A stretch of DNA of 64,000 bases from positions 29,768 to 93,767 of the forward strand of contig JAHLWZ010000306.1 of NCBI GenBank assembly GCA_020536535.1, given 5' to 3'. The translations under genes were made by a program, and so were the position numbers. The notes beneath the pieces were generated by a model. That model was not told the origin of the DNA and searched no databases. It worked only from the letters and a program-made list of their open reading frames with translations. Shown here one piece after another: positions 10,166 through 23,371 of the stretch. The DNA comes from Pelomyxa schiedti (taxonomy: Eukaryota; Protista; Evosea). Numbering within the stretch: the stretch's first letter is position 1; every line of letters starts with the position of its first letter.

Positions 10166-12898
10166 TCAGTCTAGGCCAGACCCAACAGCGGAGGTTGAGG
10201 TGGATGATGTTGTTGTCGTTGAGGCTGATGATGTGATGGCAAGAACGGGGTGGTAATCGGCTTGGTTTCTTAGGAACGCTTCGAGTCTCTGCTGCTCCTT
10301 TTTTTTCTCTTCGATGATGGCGCGGTCTCGGGCAATTTCCTCTTCTATGAGCTTCAGGGAGCGCTCGGCCGAAATCGTTTCGAGAACTGTTGTGAGTGAG
10401 TTTGGTTGAATGGTCCCAACTGCTTGGGGAGAATGAATACCTTGGGAGGCCGGTTGCCACACCACTACGCCGGTTTTGGTGTGAACTTCGAAGGAGCTCG
10501 CCGCCTTGGCATTTGCAATTTCTTTGGGGTCAACGTCATGGCAGAACTGATGTTGCTCTCCTCTGAGAGCGTCTAGCATACACTTAGCATGCTCATCCTT
10601 CAGAGATTCAATTTGCACGGTGAGTTCATCTCGAAGCTCTTCCAGTGTTCTCTGTTATAACTTAAGTTAGCTTTTATTGTTTTCCGTGAAAACGCATACC
10701 ACTTCTTCTTTTTGTGCAACCAGAGCTTCCTTATCTCTCTCTGTTGGCTTCTGTCTTGTTTTTATTAGCTGAGTTTGCCTGTGCTTTTCGGCTTCCACTC
10801 CTGCCTTGAGCCGACTCAATTGGTAATTGCAGTCTGCTTGCCTTACAGCTGTAGCCATATGTAAGAGGAAAACCTACAACCCAAAATTTCTTCTCCATTT
10901 CTCGTAATAGAGAAAGGGTCATACTTAGTTCTCGTAGGAGTGCAATAATCTGATCGCGGATGTAATTGAGCTCTGTTCCATGTGCAAGGAAATACTCGCT
11001 TCCTCGAGAATTGATATTCTGGAGATGGTCTGATTACTTTATCTTATGCTTTTCCTCACACCTCTTTGCAGATATACAGTAAATTTATTGCCTTCTCGAC
11101 ACACTTCCAGGATTCTATCCTCGCATTGCAATCTCCGTTCTAATGTAAGGGAAAGTTAGTTTCCTAAAGGTATTGCATCAGTCTCCTCACCCGAGTCAAA
11201 AGCTGATTTTTGCGCGTTTGGGCAACTGCAAGCTTCCCTGCCTTTTCCAGATGCAACGTGCCCGTCTCCGGGGTTATTTGTTTTTCAATAAATGCAAGCT
11301 CACGTGAATCGCTTATATTCTGTGCTATTTGACATCTGTTCCTTTCCTTTGAACCAAAGTGAGTAACTTCCTTCCCAAAAATTTGATGGTTCAACAATTA
11401 AAAAATACCAGAAGTTCATGAATGATTGCTTCTATAATCTTAGCATCTCTCTCCCCCTTTTCACGTTTTTGCATTAGAAACATCTGCCTTGCCTTCAATT
11501 TATTGAGCGTCTCTTCCAACTCACTCTCCACCTTGGAGCAACCTTGTTCAACGCACCTTTTTTTCCCACGTTACCAAGGGAAGGCAAGAGGTATAACTTG
11601 GCTCACTTTAGGTCTTCAGAGTCCATTGATAACTCCACTTCCAAAGATCTTATTTCTGCAGAAGTAGCAATGAGCATTTCGTCAACAGAGGGCCCTTTCA
11701 TCCTATTTATCTGGTTTTAGTTTATTAGAGAAGTACTTCTCGCCACTAACTCAAAACAGGCATTGTCCCCGGCGTTTTTGTGGATTGCATCCAGCTCAGA
11801 GCGATCTTGAACAGCTTCGTTCCACCGTAAAAGTAAATTCTTATCAGCCTCTGACCACTATACATTTCGTACAAAGTAAGCTTTTATATTGACCAGTGGT
11901 TAATTACCTCCTCTTGCTTCTCAAGAGGGTCAATTGTTTCGGAAGCGGTTTTGGCATCTGCATATCTCTTCTGGATAGGAACAACTGTCGCCTGGTGAAC
12001 CTTTGTCAATGTGGCATCTAACTCTGGCACTGTTGCCAACTGCATCGATGAGTTAATTGTACTTCCACCCCCACAACAACAGTCCCAGCACCAAATTGTG
12101 CACCACCCACACACCAGAAAATACCAATCTCAGGCACAATCNNNNNNNNNNTCCCCCCCCCCCCCCCCCCCCCCCCCCCCCATTTTTTCCCTCGTTATGC
12201 ATGGTATAGCTACTTGCCAGTACGACAACATCGGCAACTCTGGTCAGGTTTCTAAGGATACCGTCGGACTGTTCGTCATCTCTGACGTACTTGGTTCGCT
12301 GCAAAGCCTCCTTTGCTGATGTCAGAAACGACTTCAGCGCAATTACAAGCTCTCCAACTGGGCTGTTGGGTGCAACATGCTGCAAAGATCATATTGAAAA
12401 AGGTAAGCAAAAATCCCGAAAGTACGGGACCCTCCCGCAACAGGTAAGAGGTTAAATAAATACTTATATTTACGAGTAGTTATTTAAATCTCATGCAGTT
12501 AGATATAAGAGCCAGAGATAACACCTTACCTCAGGGAGCACAAGTTTAAGAGTCAGAGCATCGAATCCAGGGAGCTCTAGGGTTGTTGATCTCTCAACAA
12601 ATTGATTCTCCCGAACAGCGGTTCCTGCGAGAACATCCGTATCCAGGGTGCTTGGAATGATAGGAACTTCTTCTGGAGGAGGGAACTTATTTCGGTATGC
12701 CTCGATTGCAGAATCTGTCACAGATACTGCCTTCTCATGTTTCTGCAGCAGTGCTGCAAGATCGCTCATGGGGAACTCGTCTTTTCATGTGGTGAGGAAT
12801 ATGAGTCAAAACGGTGAAGTCACGATACCAAAGCGTGCAAATACGGGACCCAGAAGGGCGCCCAGGAATTCCTCTCCACATGACGTGTTTGTCGACAT
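10166..12898 (-). CDS. Multi-exon coiled-coil-rich protein of unknown function (contains an assembly gap in an intron)
   Basis: ATG at 12898 (MSTNTSCGEEFLG) splices into ORF 12491-12769. Heptad-like helical exons continue down to ORF 10166-10618. Confidence 0.55.
12142..12181. other. Assembly gap (10 N) beside a ~29-nt poly-C tract
   Basis: Directly visible in the sequence. Confidence 0.95.
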
Positions 12899-13195
12899 TG
12901 CTTTTCCCTTTTGCTTTCTGTGTTCCTTTCGTTGTTTGCGTGTTCCTTTTTTTTTTTTTGTTTTTTGCTGTGTTTTCTGAAAAAAACTGAGTTGGTTCCA
13001 AGTGGGTCTCTCATCAACTTAGTTGCGTCTCCTTGTTGATGTCACTCTGCCTCAGTCTGATTAAGTGAGGTCCCGCACCACTTTCTCGGGACACCCCTTT
13101 TCGTAGGGGTCACCAGTCTCTGCGCCACCTTCCTATCCTGAAACTCTCACCCCTGACTGTAACAAAGATACACTACAATATATCCCCAACACTCA

Positions 13196-16100
13196 ATGAA
13201 GCCCATCGCCTTAAGCCACGAGGCCAACCGAGCCGTCGCAGGCGGAAACCTCCACGCAGAGACTGAGGCTGCAACGGCCGCCGCCACCAGATCCGATTCC
13301 TCGCCACCTGCCAATGCCGGCATTGTGGGCCACCTTTTGGTGGGCCTCGACGTGGGCAGCACGACGGTCAAGTTGGTCGCGATGGCGCAGCAGATTCGAC
13401 CTGCCTCTACAGAACCAACTTACTGGCCTGTCTACAACCATGAACAAATACCGACAACGAATTCGCCTGTGGGTAGATCCATTTCGTATACTTCGACGAC
13501 TACGGCTGCGGCGAGGGCGGACCCAACGCCCATAATCACGCCTCAGCAAGGGAACGCGCACACCACTACATCGCTGGTGGACGAGTTTCTGGGCAGCCTC
13601 GAGTTTACCACCGTATTTGAGTGCTATAAAAGGCACAGATATGACGTCAATGGCACTGTATTGGAAGCTTTCCGCGAGTTTTTTGACGCGCTGCCGGACG
13701 TAACGCAGCGATACCAGACTGCTCAGAAAATATTACGGGATACTTTTTCACGAATTTCCGGAATCACAGTCGATTTGGGGGAATCTGAACATCCTCCTTC
13801 TTCAATGGCACACAATTCACACGAAAATACAAATGCAACTGCATCAAGTGACATTAAGGAGGAAAACTATGAACAGTGCCTGTTTACAACAGCATGTGTG
13901 ACTGGCTCATGTGGAATGCAACTGGCAGAGGCACTTGGCCTCCCATTTGTTCATGGTAGGTGGTCTTTCTCTATCACCTTAAGAACTGCATATGTTGTTT
14001 ATTTATTTGCCCTAAGAGATACAGAGGTTGTTGCTTGTGCTGAAGCCGTAAGAAAATTGATTCAGCAACACGTTGATGTAGCCATAGAGCTTGGTGGTGA
14101 AGATGCAAAAATCATGCGCTTCACAGAAAATAGTATGGATACGCAAATGAATAGTACTTGTGCTGCAGGTACGAAGTTCAGGGTCAATAGGGTATTGCCT
14201 AGTAGTACTAATATCACCAAGGCACCGGGGCATTTATCGATCAAATGGCTGCCCTGCTCCAAACTGACGCTGCTGGCTTGAACGCCTTCGCTTTAGAACA
14301 CAAATCTATCCACCCAATTGCTGCACGTTGTGCTGTTTTTGCCAAGACGGATGTCCAGACTCTCCTAAGTGAGGGAGCAACAAAAGAAGACATTTCTGCT
14401 TCTGTTTTGCAGGCAGTAGCTGTTCAAGCAATTGGGGGATTATCTGGTGGACGCCGATTATCTGGAAATGTTGTGATGCTAGGGGGTCCAATGCATTTTT
14501 TACCTGGCCTGAGGGAGGCTGTATGTTCAGTGGCCATGACTGCCGGAGCACAAAATGCGTTTACACCACCCCATGCACACGCAATGGTGTGCAGTGGGGC
14601 AGCTCTCCATGGATATGGCAAATTTTCTCCAATGCCTCTGTCTTTTTTGTTAAGGAGAGTGGATCGCTATTTTAGTGGAATTGGAAATTCCAGTTTGCAA
14701 GTGGAAAGCTCAATTCCGTCCCAGAGGTTGCCACCTCTATTTACATGTGAAGACGAGTTGATAGCATTTCAGCAAAGGCATTCCTTGCATTCAGCCAAAC
14801 GAGGAAATATTGAAGCAACATCTGGACCACTCTTCATTGGCATAGACTCAGGCTCAACAACCTTCAAAACCGCAGTCATCGACTGCCACGGCAATCTACT
14901 ACATACAATCTACAGTTCTCATCGAGGAGAAACCATGTCCACAGCAGTGACTGCACTGGCAGAAATACAGAAACTCATAGGATACGTCAGCACGGGTTCA
15001 TTCTTCGCTGCAGCTTGTGCCACAGGCTACAGTGAACAGCTCATCAAAAAAGCTTTCCGGGTTGAATATGGTGTTGTGGAGACAATGGCACACCTTAAAG
15101 CTGCGAAATTTCTTCACCCAGATGCAGATTTTGTTCTGGTTTGTGACTAAATAAATATTATCATTTTTTTCTTATTTCCTCAGGATATAGGTGGACAAGA
15201 CATGAAATGTATTTCAATTTCAGAAGATGGGGTGATAAAAGACATGTTCCTGAACGAAGCTTGTTCTTCTGGCTGTGGATCTTTCATACAATCAGTCGCC
15301 AATGTACTGGGCCTCACAATTGAAAAATTCGTTGAAGCTGGATTGAAAAGCCGATCTCCAGTAGACCTAGGGACACGATGCACAGTATTCATGAACTCCA
15401 GGTAGCTCTGTTTAGTCCTTCACTGTGCCGGTTTCAAACAAGAGTTTTCTACTTTGGCAGAATTAAGCAAGCTCAACAAGATGGTGCCTCCCTGGAAGAC
15501 ATCTCGGCGGGACTTGCCATCTCTGTTGTCAAAAACGCACTGTTTAAAGTTATGAGAGTTCGATCTATGACTTCACTCGGAAAGAGGATAGTTGTGCAAG
15601 GCGGGATGTTTTTGAATGATGCCGTTCTTCGCGCTCTGGAGATAGTAGCAGGTGTGGAAGTTATTCGGCCAGATATTGCAGGCAATATGGGTGCCTTTGG
15701 AGCGGCATTAGAAGCCAAAGCCATGTGGGAAAAGCAGTTAATGGTATAGTGTCCACCTCTGTTCTTCTATCTGACTGAGGGAGAGCAGACACAACAACAA
15801 GAGCAGACAAATTGTCCTGTAGCACATTCTACCTTTTTATCATTGGATGAATTGACAGCATTAAAGTGGAAGTCCGTAAACCGTCGCTGTTGCAAATGTA
15901 CCAATAACTGGTTGTCCAGCCTACTTTTGTTTCTCTTTCTTTAAGTAACCTTTACAGTCTGCTCACAATCCAAAAATTCCATCACATAAATTCCACTACA
16001 GAACATATTTCGGGGAACAGATGTTCCTTGGGAAGCATGAACTTTGATAATCCGCAACACCCACCGTGTGCTTCACCTCAACTATCTCTCAACTTCCACA

Positions 16101-19100
16101 GTACCGGCACTTCACATCCTCTAAGCAACATGTTTGAGTGGCAACGAAGACGTGTTTTCCGCATAGCAGACCCAACTCCGCCAGCACGATGCAGAGGTAG
16201 TGTCGGAATACCTCGAGCACTTCAGTTTTATGATGAGTTTCCCTTTTGGGAAGCTGTTTTCAGAGCACTACGGTTTGAGGTATTGTTGTCCCGCGAGAGC
16301 TCGGACAATCTCTTCTCCATGGGATTGAGCAGCATACCAGTATGCACGCTTTTCGTATAGCATTTCCATTTAGAACTGCAGGTGGATGGATGTTGCCTCC
16401 CAATCAAACTCCTTCATGGTCATCTTGTGGACCTGATAAAAAATGGCAGAGCAAATTTTATACTTCTCCCTTGTGAGCCAATGGCTGCCAAAGACATTCC
16501 TTCTTCCAGTGGAAGCCCCTTCGAGAGAGCTCTTTCTGCAACTGAATATGACTATCAATATGGATCCACATCGGTGCTGAATCACTGTCCACTGTTAAGT
16601 GGTTACCATAATGTCATTGCCAGCAATTTAGATACTGCTCAAGCTCACTTTTTGCATCCTGCTGCTCCATTGTTTGATCTATCAGCAGCAGCTCAACATC
16701 TTTATGTGCAACTTGCACCTTATTTTTCTGGTTTGTCCTTCCCAATTGGGTATTTATTGTTTCACATCCTGTGACAGATATTACAAAGAGAGAAGTTTCG
16801 TCTGCAATGAAAGCGGGTGCATTGGCTCAGCAGTGTTACCGCGATGATATAAAACGTGCAGGTGAGGAGGCACTAAGATACATGAGACAGAGTGGTGCAA
16901 ATGGAGTTGTTTTAGCATGTCGACCTTATCACCTTGATCCCTGGTTTGGGGCAAACAGTGTCGCTCGAATGTTGACTGCATGGGGGTATTGGGTCCTAAC
17001 TTGTGAAAGCATAGTTCATCTGCAGCCAGATAAAAAAACCAAGGCAACACAAGGATGGCCTGGATGGCGACTTCTCAACACATTTGTGTACGATTCCAGA
17101 GTCCTCCATTCTGCCTTGGCTGTTGTGCAGGCTGTAGATTTGTTACTTGTGCATTTTATGTCGTTTGGATGCAGCATCTCCCCTGAGACAGATGACGAAA
17201 TTAAGGTTAAACTTCCTTTTGTCTTCCATATCCCAAATTCATTTCACGTCAAGGCACTGTTCAGATACTTCAACCACCCACATTGTGCAATTAAAATTGA
17301 TCAAAATGCTAATATGGCTTCACTGCGAGTACGAGTTCGTTCCCTCCTTGCTACGTGGGAAGAGCAGCGAGCACAGAAAATGGGTGCTTCGTTGACAGCT
17401 TCATCTCTTGCCTCTCGAACTTCCACAAGCAACACAACTATCTCTACTTGCACAAGCACTGGGATTACCACCAAAGCATCAGTAAGCTCCCTGCGTCCAA
17501 TTCCTTATCGAGCAGATTCATGTTGCAAGGCACCTACAACCATTCTCTTCATGGTACTATTTTACCATAAATACTTTGCTATAATTCATGGAACTTTCAT
17601 CAATTACTAGAATTTCTCTCCTGAGCACACGAAATTGTATGCCACTGCTTTTAATACCGGTGGTTACCATTCCATACCCTGCCCTGATATTCCTGAAGTG
17701 GCTCGTAATGAATTGGCAATGCGTTACATACATCCTGATGTATGTTATGGAGTGAGTATAGTGGTTGGTTCGTGGTTGTATGCACTACTGAATGGCTTAG
17801 TGGATCCCAATAATACTGATGTAATGTAGAGTTGCTCTTTTATCAACGGGTTTTTTCCAAAATCAACAAATCTCAGGTGGATACATATGGGTGGATCCTG
17901 CACATCTAGGCGTATGGCCTGGTTTGCTCGGGATGCTTTTGATAGGGCTGGTTTCCCACAAGTTGGTGTATTCTCCATTGATTGCTCAGGTAGATCAATT
18001 AGCCAGGATTGGTACTAACTTGAAACAGCAACTGTAAATCCAGCTTATACCTTGGGTCAGACTCTCCGTATTAATATGGGTCTAGCATGGGGTGACGCAC
18101 TTTCTATGGTATCATCTACTCCTACCGACATTTTGTTAAAGAGTACAGGTTTTGTATCGCACTCGGCCCTATGAACTTATCCCCAACAGTGCTAATACAC
18201 TACACCAAACTTGGATGGAGCGTGCCTTGGCCAGTGTAAGTACAGGCAGTCCTGTACTTTTCAGTTCTCTGGTTCACGAAATGGTGAAGGATTTTGAGGC
18301 CCTTCCCCTGTGGACAGAGACACATGACAAACCTAGAGTGGGACTTGTTGGCTTGATGTGCAAGGTCTTATCATTCTATTTATTACGGAAATTTATATAT
18401 ATTAGGCAGATCCTGTAAAATACAATTGGTTACTGCGATTCCTAGAGGAAGAGCAGCAGTGCGAAGTAGCACCATTTTTTTTCACTGAATACAGTGAAGT
18501 TGCTGGGTACAACAATGTGGCGAATCATAACTATTTTGCTTCTGATACTGGGAAGTGGCTGGGTGGGGCTGCGTGCAGGTTTATTGGTATCTTACTGCAT
18601 CTCATTGACATTCATTAGGAAGGTCATTTGCTTATTCAGAAATCCTGTGCTCTCGGCACTTGGAAAAAGCAAACGCTTCATACACCCACTCCCTCTTGAG
18701 AATTTGGAAAATTTGGCAAAGCGGTTTGTATCTCCACTTCACCAAGCCGGAGAAGGCTGGCTTATTGTAGCACAAATTCTGCAGCACCTACAGAACGGAG
18801 TCAGTAACATCGTTGTAACTGCGCCGTATGGAAACACTTTGAAACTGCCAATTGACTAATTCTTGTTCTTAAGGTCTGGGTGCCTCCCTATTCACATAGG
18901 AGGCAGAGGCATGATGAAAGCTATTCAGGAACAATACCCACAAGCGAATATAGTTGTTCTAGGTTTTGCCACTCTTCACTTACACCCAAGTAACCTTTCT
19001 TTTTCTTACAGATTATGATAGCTCCGCTAGCTTTATTCACCAGTTGAACAGAATCAAGGTAGATAGGAAAAAGCCACAACTTTCCCAATTAGTTAACACA

Positions 19101-19317
19101 GCAATAGTTGATGCTGTGGTGTGCCAAGGACAAACCGGTACCACCACACCGCCAATTGTGTTCCCCACGTGATATTGAGGACAGTCTCTTATCTTTAGTG
19201 GATGGCCCACCCCCGCCTCATCACGGGGCACCACCCAGCACAACTTGTTCCTCTGGAATTCCGGAATGCACTCACTGTTCCGGCTCATCCCATTGCAAGC
19301 TGACGATGGGACTATGA
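13196..19317 (+). CDS. CoA-substrate-specific enzyme activase / 2-hydroxyacyl-CoA dehydratase activator-like protein (tandem BadF/BadG/BcrA/BcrD ATPase domains plus DUF2229/dehydratase-like domains)
   Basis: Motifs: [28 protein letters not shown]|[40 protein letters not shown]|[93 protein letters not shown]. Many GT-AG introns; checked examples are 13956-14024, 14169-14221 and 15139-15183. Confidence 0.9.
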
Positions 19318-19417
19318 CTGTTATTGTAACCTCTTCTTATTGAATTAGTATGTTGATAAACGAGTGTTTCCTCTAGAGGATTTTTTTTTCTTTTAATAAG
19401 GGTGACACACAAGGTTC

Positions 19418-20714
19418 TCAGAGTTTACTGAGACCATTTCTGTGTTTTGCAGTGAGAAATACGCGTTTTCCTGATGTTGCACTCTTCTCTGCCAAATCAA
19501 CCAGCACAGCTGTTGCCACACAGCTACGTTCAGTACTCTTGCGCGGAATATTTTCACCTCTGACCACTCTGGAGAAGTACTCCACTTCACTGCTGAATGC
19601 AGCAAGGTACCGGTCCATGAATGTGTGGTGAACCTCTTCCTTGCCGGTTTCCAGAGTGTTTCCAGTGTTGTTGTACACCCTGGCGTAGTTCTCGTATTTT
19701 CCATCCCCGTACCGTGTGGCTTCCATGTAGACAAATCGTCCCCCTGTGTATTGGAGAATGCACGTGGCACTGGTGAAGATTCCAACACCGGTACTGTCTT
19801 TGCCGTGTGCCTCAATGCTCACTGGCATTTCTTCCTGAATGAGGGTTATGGATTAAATAGAATTCATAGGTGAACCTTCATGAACATGCATGCTAGATTG
19901 AAATCGTGGCACATAAGGTCTTGAAATATGGAGCCCAATGTTTTGAGAAACGCTGGAGCCATGTGTGGGAAATCATTGGAGACAAGGTGCAGTGCGCAGA
20001 CGTCTACTGGCTTTGTCAACACCGTCTTATATAGTGCTGAATAGCCTTGGTCGGATCGCCTCATCCAGCCACAAAGAAGTTCCACACCTATTGCATATGG
20101 GTTGGAAATGACAGGCACAAAAAGCGGACAAAACCAAATATAAAAGAAAACGGAGAGGGAAAAATGGAACTGTACTGCTTCAGCAGTAACTCTTTCCATC
20201 ACAGTTGCGAAAATACCTCTAGCTTTACACATGGCATAGCACTGTTTGACTTGCGCAGCAGTATATGCTATAGGTTTCTCACAGTATACAAATCGCGTTC
20301 TATTCACCGCTACACCAACATTTAACATTAAACAATAAAAATAATAACAATAACAATATTATAAACGATATATTTGGTTGTTAGAAAATATTTATAGTAT
20401 TAATAATAATAATAAGAAAAAAAAAACTAACCCTTCTCGATCATTGCAGGGTGGTATTTTGTAGGGCAGGAAATCCAAACGGCGTCAAACTGGACATTAA
20501 CGTCCTCCAACGCAGCGAAAGCCGTCGGGTGCCCTGGCTTCCCGCTGTTGGCCCAAACCTCGTTTCCGCGATCGCTCTCAACGACGGCGACGCATCTTAC
20601 GTGGGGCGACCGCGAAAAAAGGCCCAGGCGGAATGTGCCGATTCGACCTGCGCCGATCTGGCACAGCCGAACGGGCGTGAGGGTGGTTGTGGTAGTCGAG
20701 GTTGTGCTGGCCAT
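19418..20714 (-). CDS. Gfo/Idh/MocA family NAD(P)-dependent oxidoreductase (inositol 2-dehydrogenase-like)
   Basis: Motifs IGAGRIG, AVWISCPTKYHPAMI, CEKPIA, GWMRRSD, DLMCHDFN, FMDRYLAAFSSEV. Spliced. Confidence 0.85.
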
Positions 20715-21227
20715 GGCGCTGTTATTATGGGATGTAACTTGGGGATGAATAGCGGCGAGGCGGACGAGACGCGGAAGCAAAGGGTTCGTTGTTGGTCGTC
20801 GTTTAAACAAAAAAAAAGGGAAGAATAGATGCAGCGATTAGATAAGCGAGAAGGTACACCAAACTGCGAAACGGAAAAAAAAGGCAGTCGATCTGTTGTG
20901 GTTTTCTCTCCAAGGAGCCCGAGGCCGCGATTCGGAACAAAGGCTTCGTACTGAAGCGATACCACACCGTGGATTCCAAGCTCTCTGGAAGTTCGAACAA
21001 TTCTCCTCTGCAAGATTTTCCTCTGGGAAAAAGAGGGGAAAAAGAAGTCTCATTCCAGAGAAAAGATTGCGCTTCCCCTCATTCCCGGGATCTTTGGGTT
21101 TCAATCCCCGCCGGCCCTCTCACAGGGACTCTCGCTGCACAGCCCGAACATCTAAACTGCCCGACAGTTCCACCCCTTGAACCGGCATTCCAACCGATTC
21201 CACTCACACCAAAAACAAAGCGATCGA

Positions 21228-22330
21228 ATGATTTGGCAAGCCGAGCCACACAGCGGGGCGCCGTCCACGACGTCGGCGTGGTCCTCCTCCCCCTCCTCGA
21301 CGCCGTTCACCGAGGCCGCCCTGTGCAGCGGCCGCGGCCTGGTCGTCGAGGGCGTCCTGGTCTCCTGCCGCGTCCACGTCCTCACCGTCCCCTCTTCCCC
21401 CTCGTCCTCCTCTACTTCGACTAGTACTACAGCCAGCAGCAGTGGGGGCCTTAGGTCGTCGTCGTCGTCGTCGGCGTCGGCGTCGGGGAGCGGGGGCCTC
21501 CCCACGAGGTTCTTTGCGGTGCAGCTCAAGGTGACGCGGGCGTGCCGCCGCAGGTTCGACGAGGGGACAGGGCAGGAGATAATGCCGCAGGACAAGCGGG
21601 TGACGGTGGTTAGGACGGGGTACCTGACGGCCAACAGGACCGTCGTGGACACCCCTGACGAGGTCGACCCTGCTGCCCTGAACTCTGTCATTAGGACTTT
21701 CCCTGGTAGCTTTTATTGTTCATTGTTTATTTTTGCTTTTGCTTTTGCTTTTGCTTTTGCTTTTGCTTTTGCTTTTGCTTTTGCTTTTGCTTTTGCTTTT
21801 GCATATAGCATTGGGTATTAGTTTCTTATTTAAATGCACGTTTAAATTCAACTTTATTGATGGATTTAAGGTGCACCGCCTGAGGCCCAGCGCTCCAAAC
21901 TTCATCCCAATGGTTTATTCCCCTTTATCTTATAATTGGTTTTCTTTCTTTTTCGTTAACATTCCTTTTTTTCTCCCAGTACCCAACACATATGAGTTCT
22001 GGGTGGATTCTGCGAAGTATGTCAACTCTGACTTTGTGAAAGGAAAGAGTGTGTGCCACGTTACGTGTTTGTTGCGCTCATCTTTTCCGTTATAGGTTTC
22101 CGCCTAAAAACACGTGGTGATTCTCTTCTTGTGGAAACAATCACCGTTATGGATGACCTCACAAACACCTTGAAAGACTTTGCTGGGGACACATCACTAG
22201 GTGCTCCCTACTTGCTCCCATACTTTTCTAAAATCTCGAATCAGGGGATTCCTTTGCATCAAAAATTGCCAAGGCAAAGGCTGCAGAAAAACCGGCTGAG
22301 CCAGAGGATGACGATGCTGATTGGTCTTGA
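21228..22330 (+). CDS. ARPIN: Arpin (Arp2/3 complex inhibitor) ortholog
   Basis: The spliced protein follows recalled human Arpin colinearly: GRGLVVEGVL, RFFAVQL..RRRFDEGTGQEI, VRTGYL, YEFWV, FRLKTRGDSLLVETI, KDFAGDTSLGDSFASKI, and an acidic Trp tail EPEDDDADWS*. Confidence 0.85.
21731..21802. repeat. (TTTTGC)12 microsatellite in Arpin intron 1
   Basis: Twelve perfect hexamers are visible; they cause the spurious poly-L, FA and KS ORFs. Confidence 0.95.
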
Positions 22331-22399
22331 TTCGTTGTATTCTATGAACTTTTTTTTTCATGTACCAAAATGCCTAAGACAAAACTCTTTGTTTTTTGT

Positions 22400-23253
22400 T
22401 TACTCTATTGTTGCTGTGAGAATATAGTCGAGATTAGGGAAATTTTGCTCAAGATAGGTATTTCCTTGAGAATAAATCAGGGCCTGTTTCCCGTGAGCTT
22501 TAACAGAAATGCGATTTTCTACCTGCTTGGGTTCTTGCTCATATTCTGCATTGACATCCAATGCTACATCAAATCCCTCTATAACATTACCAATGGGGGC
22601 AAAGCCCTTTGAAGAGGTAAGACGTTTTGCATAATTTTATGAGACATACATCCGCATCCAAGTATGAATTGTCAGCATAGTTGATGAATAATTGAGTTGT
22701 CCGAGAATTAGGGCTGCTTGACATGGCATAGGCAAGGGTTCCCTAAAAAGTGCAATTAGAAAAAGAACCCACATCAACAGCTCAAACCCTTTCTGCCAAA
22801 CAAAAAACCAGATCAACATCAACCAAACAACACCACAAACTAGCCAAATGAGCACCCCCAGCCCATAAGCCCAAAACACAGCCAACCACCCGCCGCAACC
22901 TTCACGTTGCTCAACACGACAGGATCGTCAGGAATATACGCCGTCTTCCACTTTGCACTGACCGCAGGGTCTCCATTTATGCCGTACTGCACCACAAAGT
23001 CCGGCACCACGCGGAACATCCCATTATTGTTGTAGTAGCACCCCTCGGGCAGCGTGAGCAGCTCGTACAGCCGGTCGACGCCGTTTGGCGACGCCGAGCG
23101 AGTGATGTTGAACTTGATGATCGACCCGTGGCCCTTGTTGACCGTGGTGTTGTACACCATCACAAAGTGGTCTGGTGCAACAACAGCTGATGCTGAGGCT
23201 GCCATCACAATGCATGTGATTGCAATGGAAAGGACGGACGACTGTGGCTTCAT
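22400..23253 (-). CDS. Cyclophilin-type peptidyl-prolyl isomerase with signal peptide
   Basis: Signal-like MKPQSSVLSIAITCIVMAASASA, then motifs SPNGVDRLYEL, MFRVVPDFVVQYGING, GTLAYAM..PNSRTTQLFINY, GFAPIGNVIEG, YSQGNTYLEQNFPNLDYI. Confidence 0.9.
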
Positions 23254-23371
23254 TGAGGCCTGTGTGTCGTTTCGTTGTGCTGCGGTTGTGTGGGGTTTTT
23301 TTTTTGGATTTTTGATTTTGTTTTTGGTTTCCATTTTGGGTTTCTTATTGAATGATTGTACAAAACCTGGG

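Noticed and set aside
12142-12181. Poly-C/G tract as a functional G-quadruplex element
   Set aside because: It abuts an assembly gap, so its length and context are unreliable.
13196-20714. Bacterial contamination or endosymbiont contig
   Set aside because: The prokaryote-like genes carry many spliceosomal introns that restore conserved motifs, and they are interleaved with clearly eukaryotic genes.
20913-21008. tRNA-like sequence (GGAG...GTTCGAAC...CTCC) in the IDH/Arpin divergent promoter
   Set aside because: The T-stem cannot pair (no G53-C61) and there is no D or anticodon arm.
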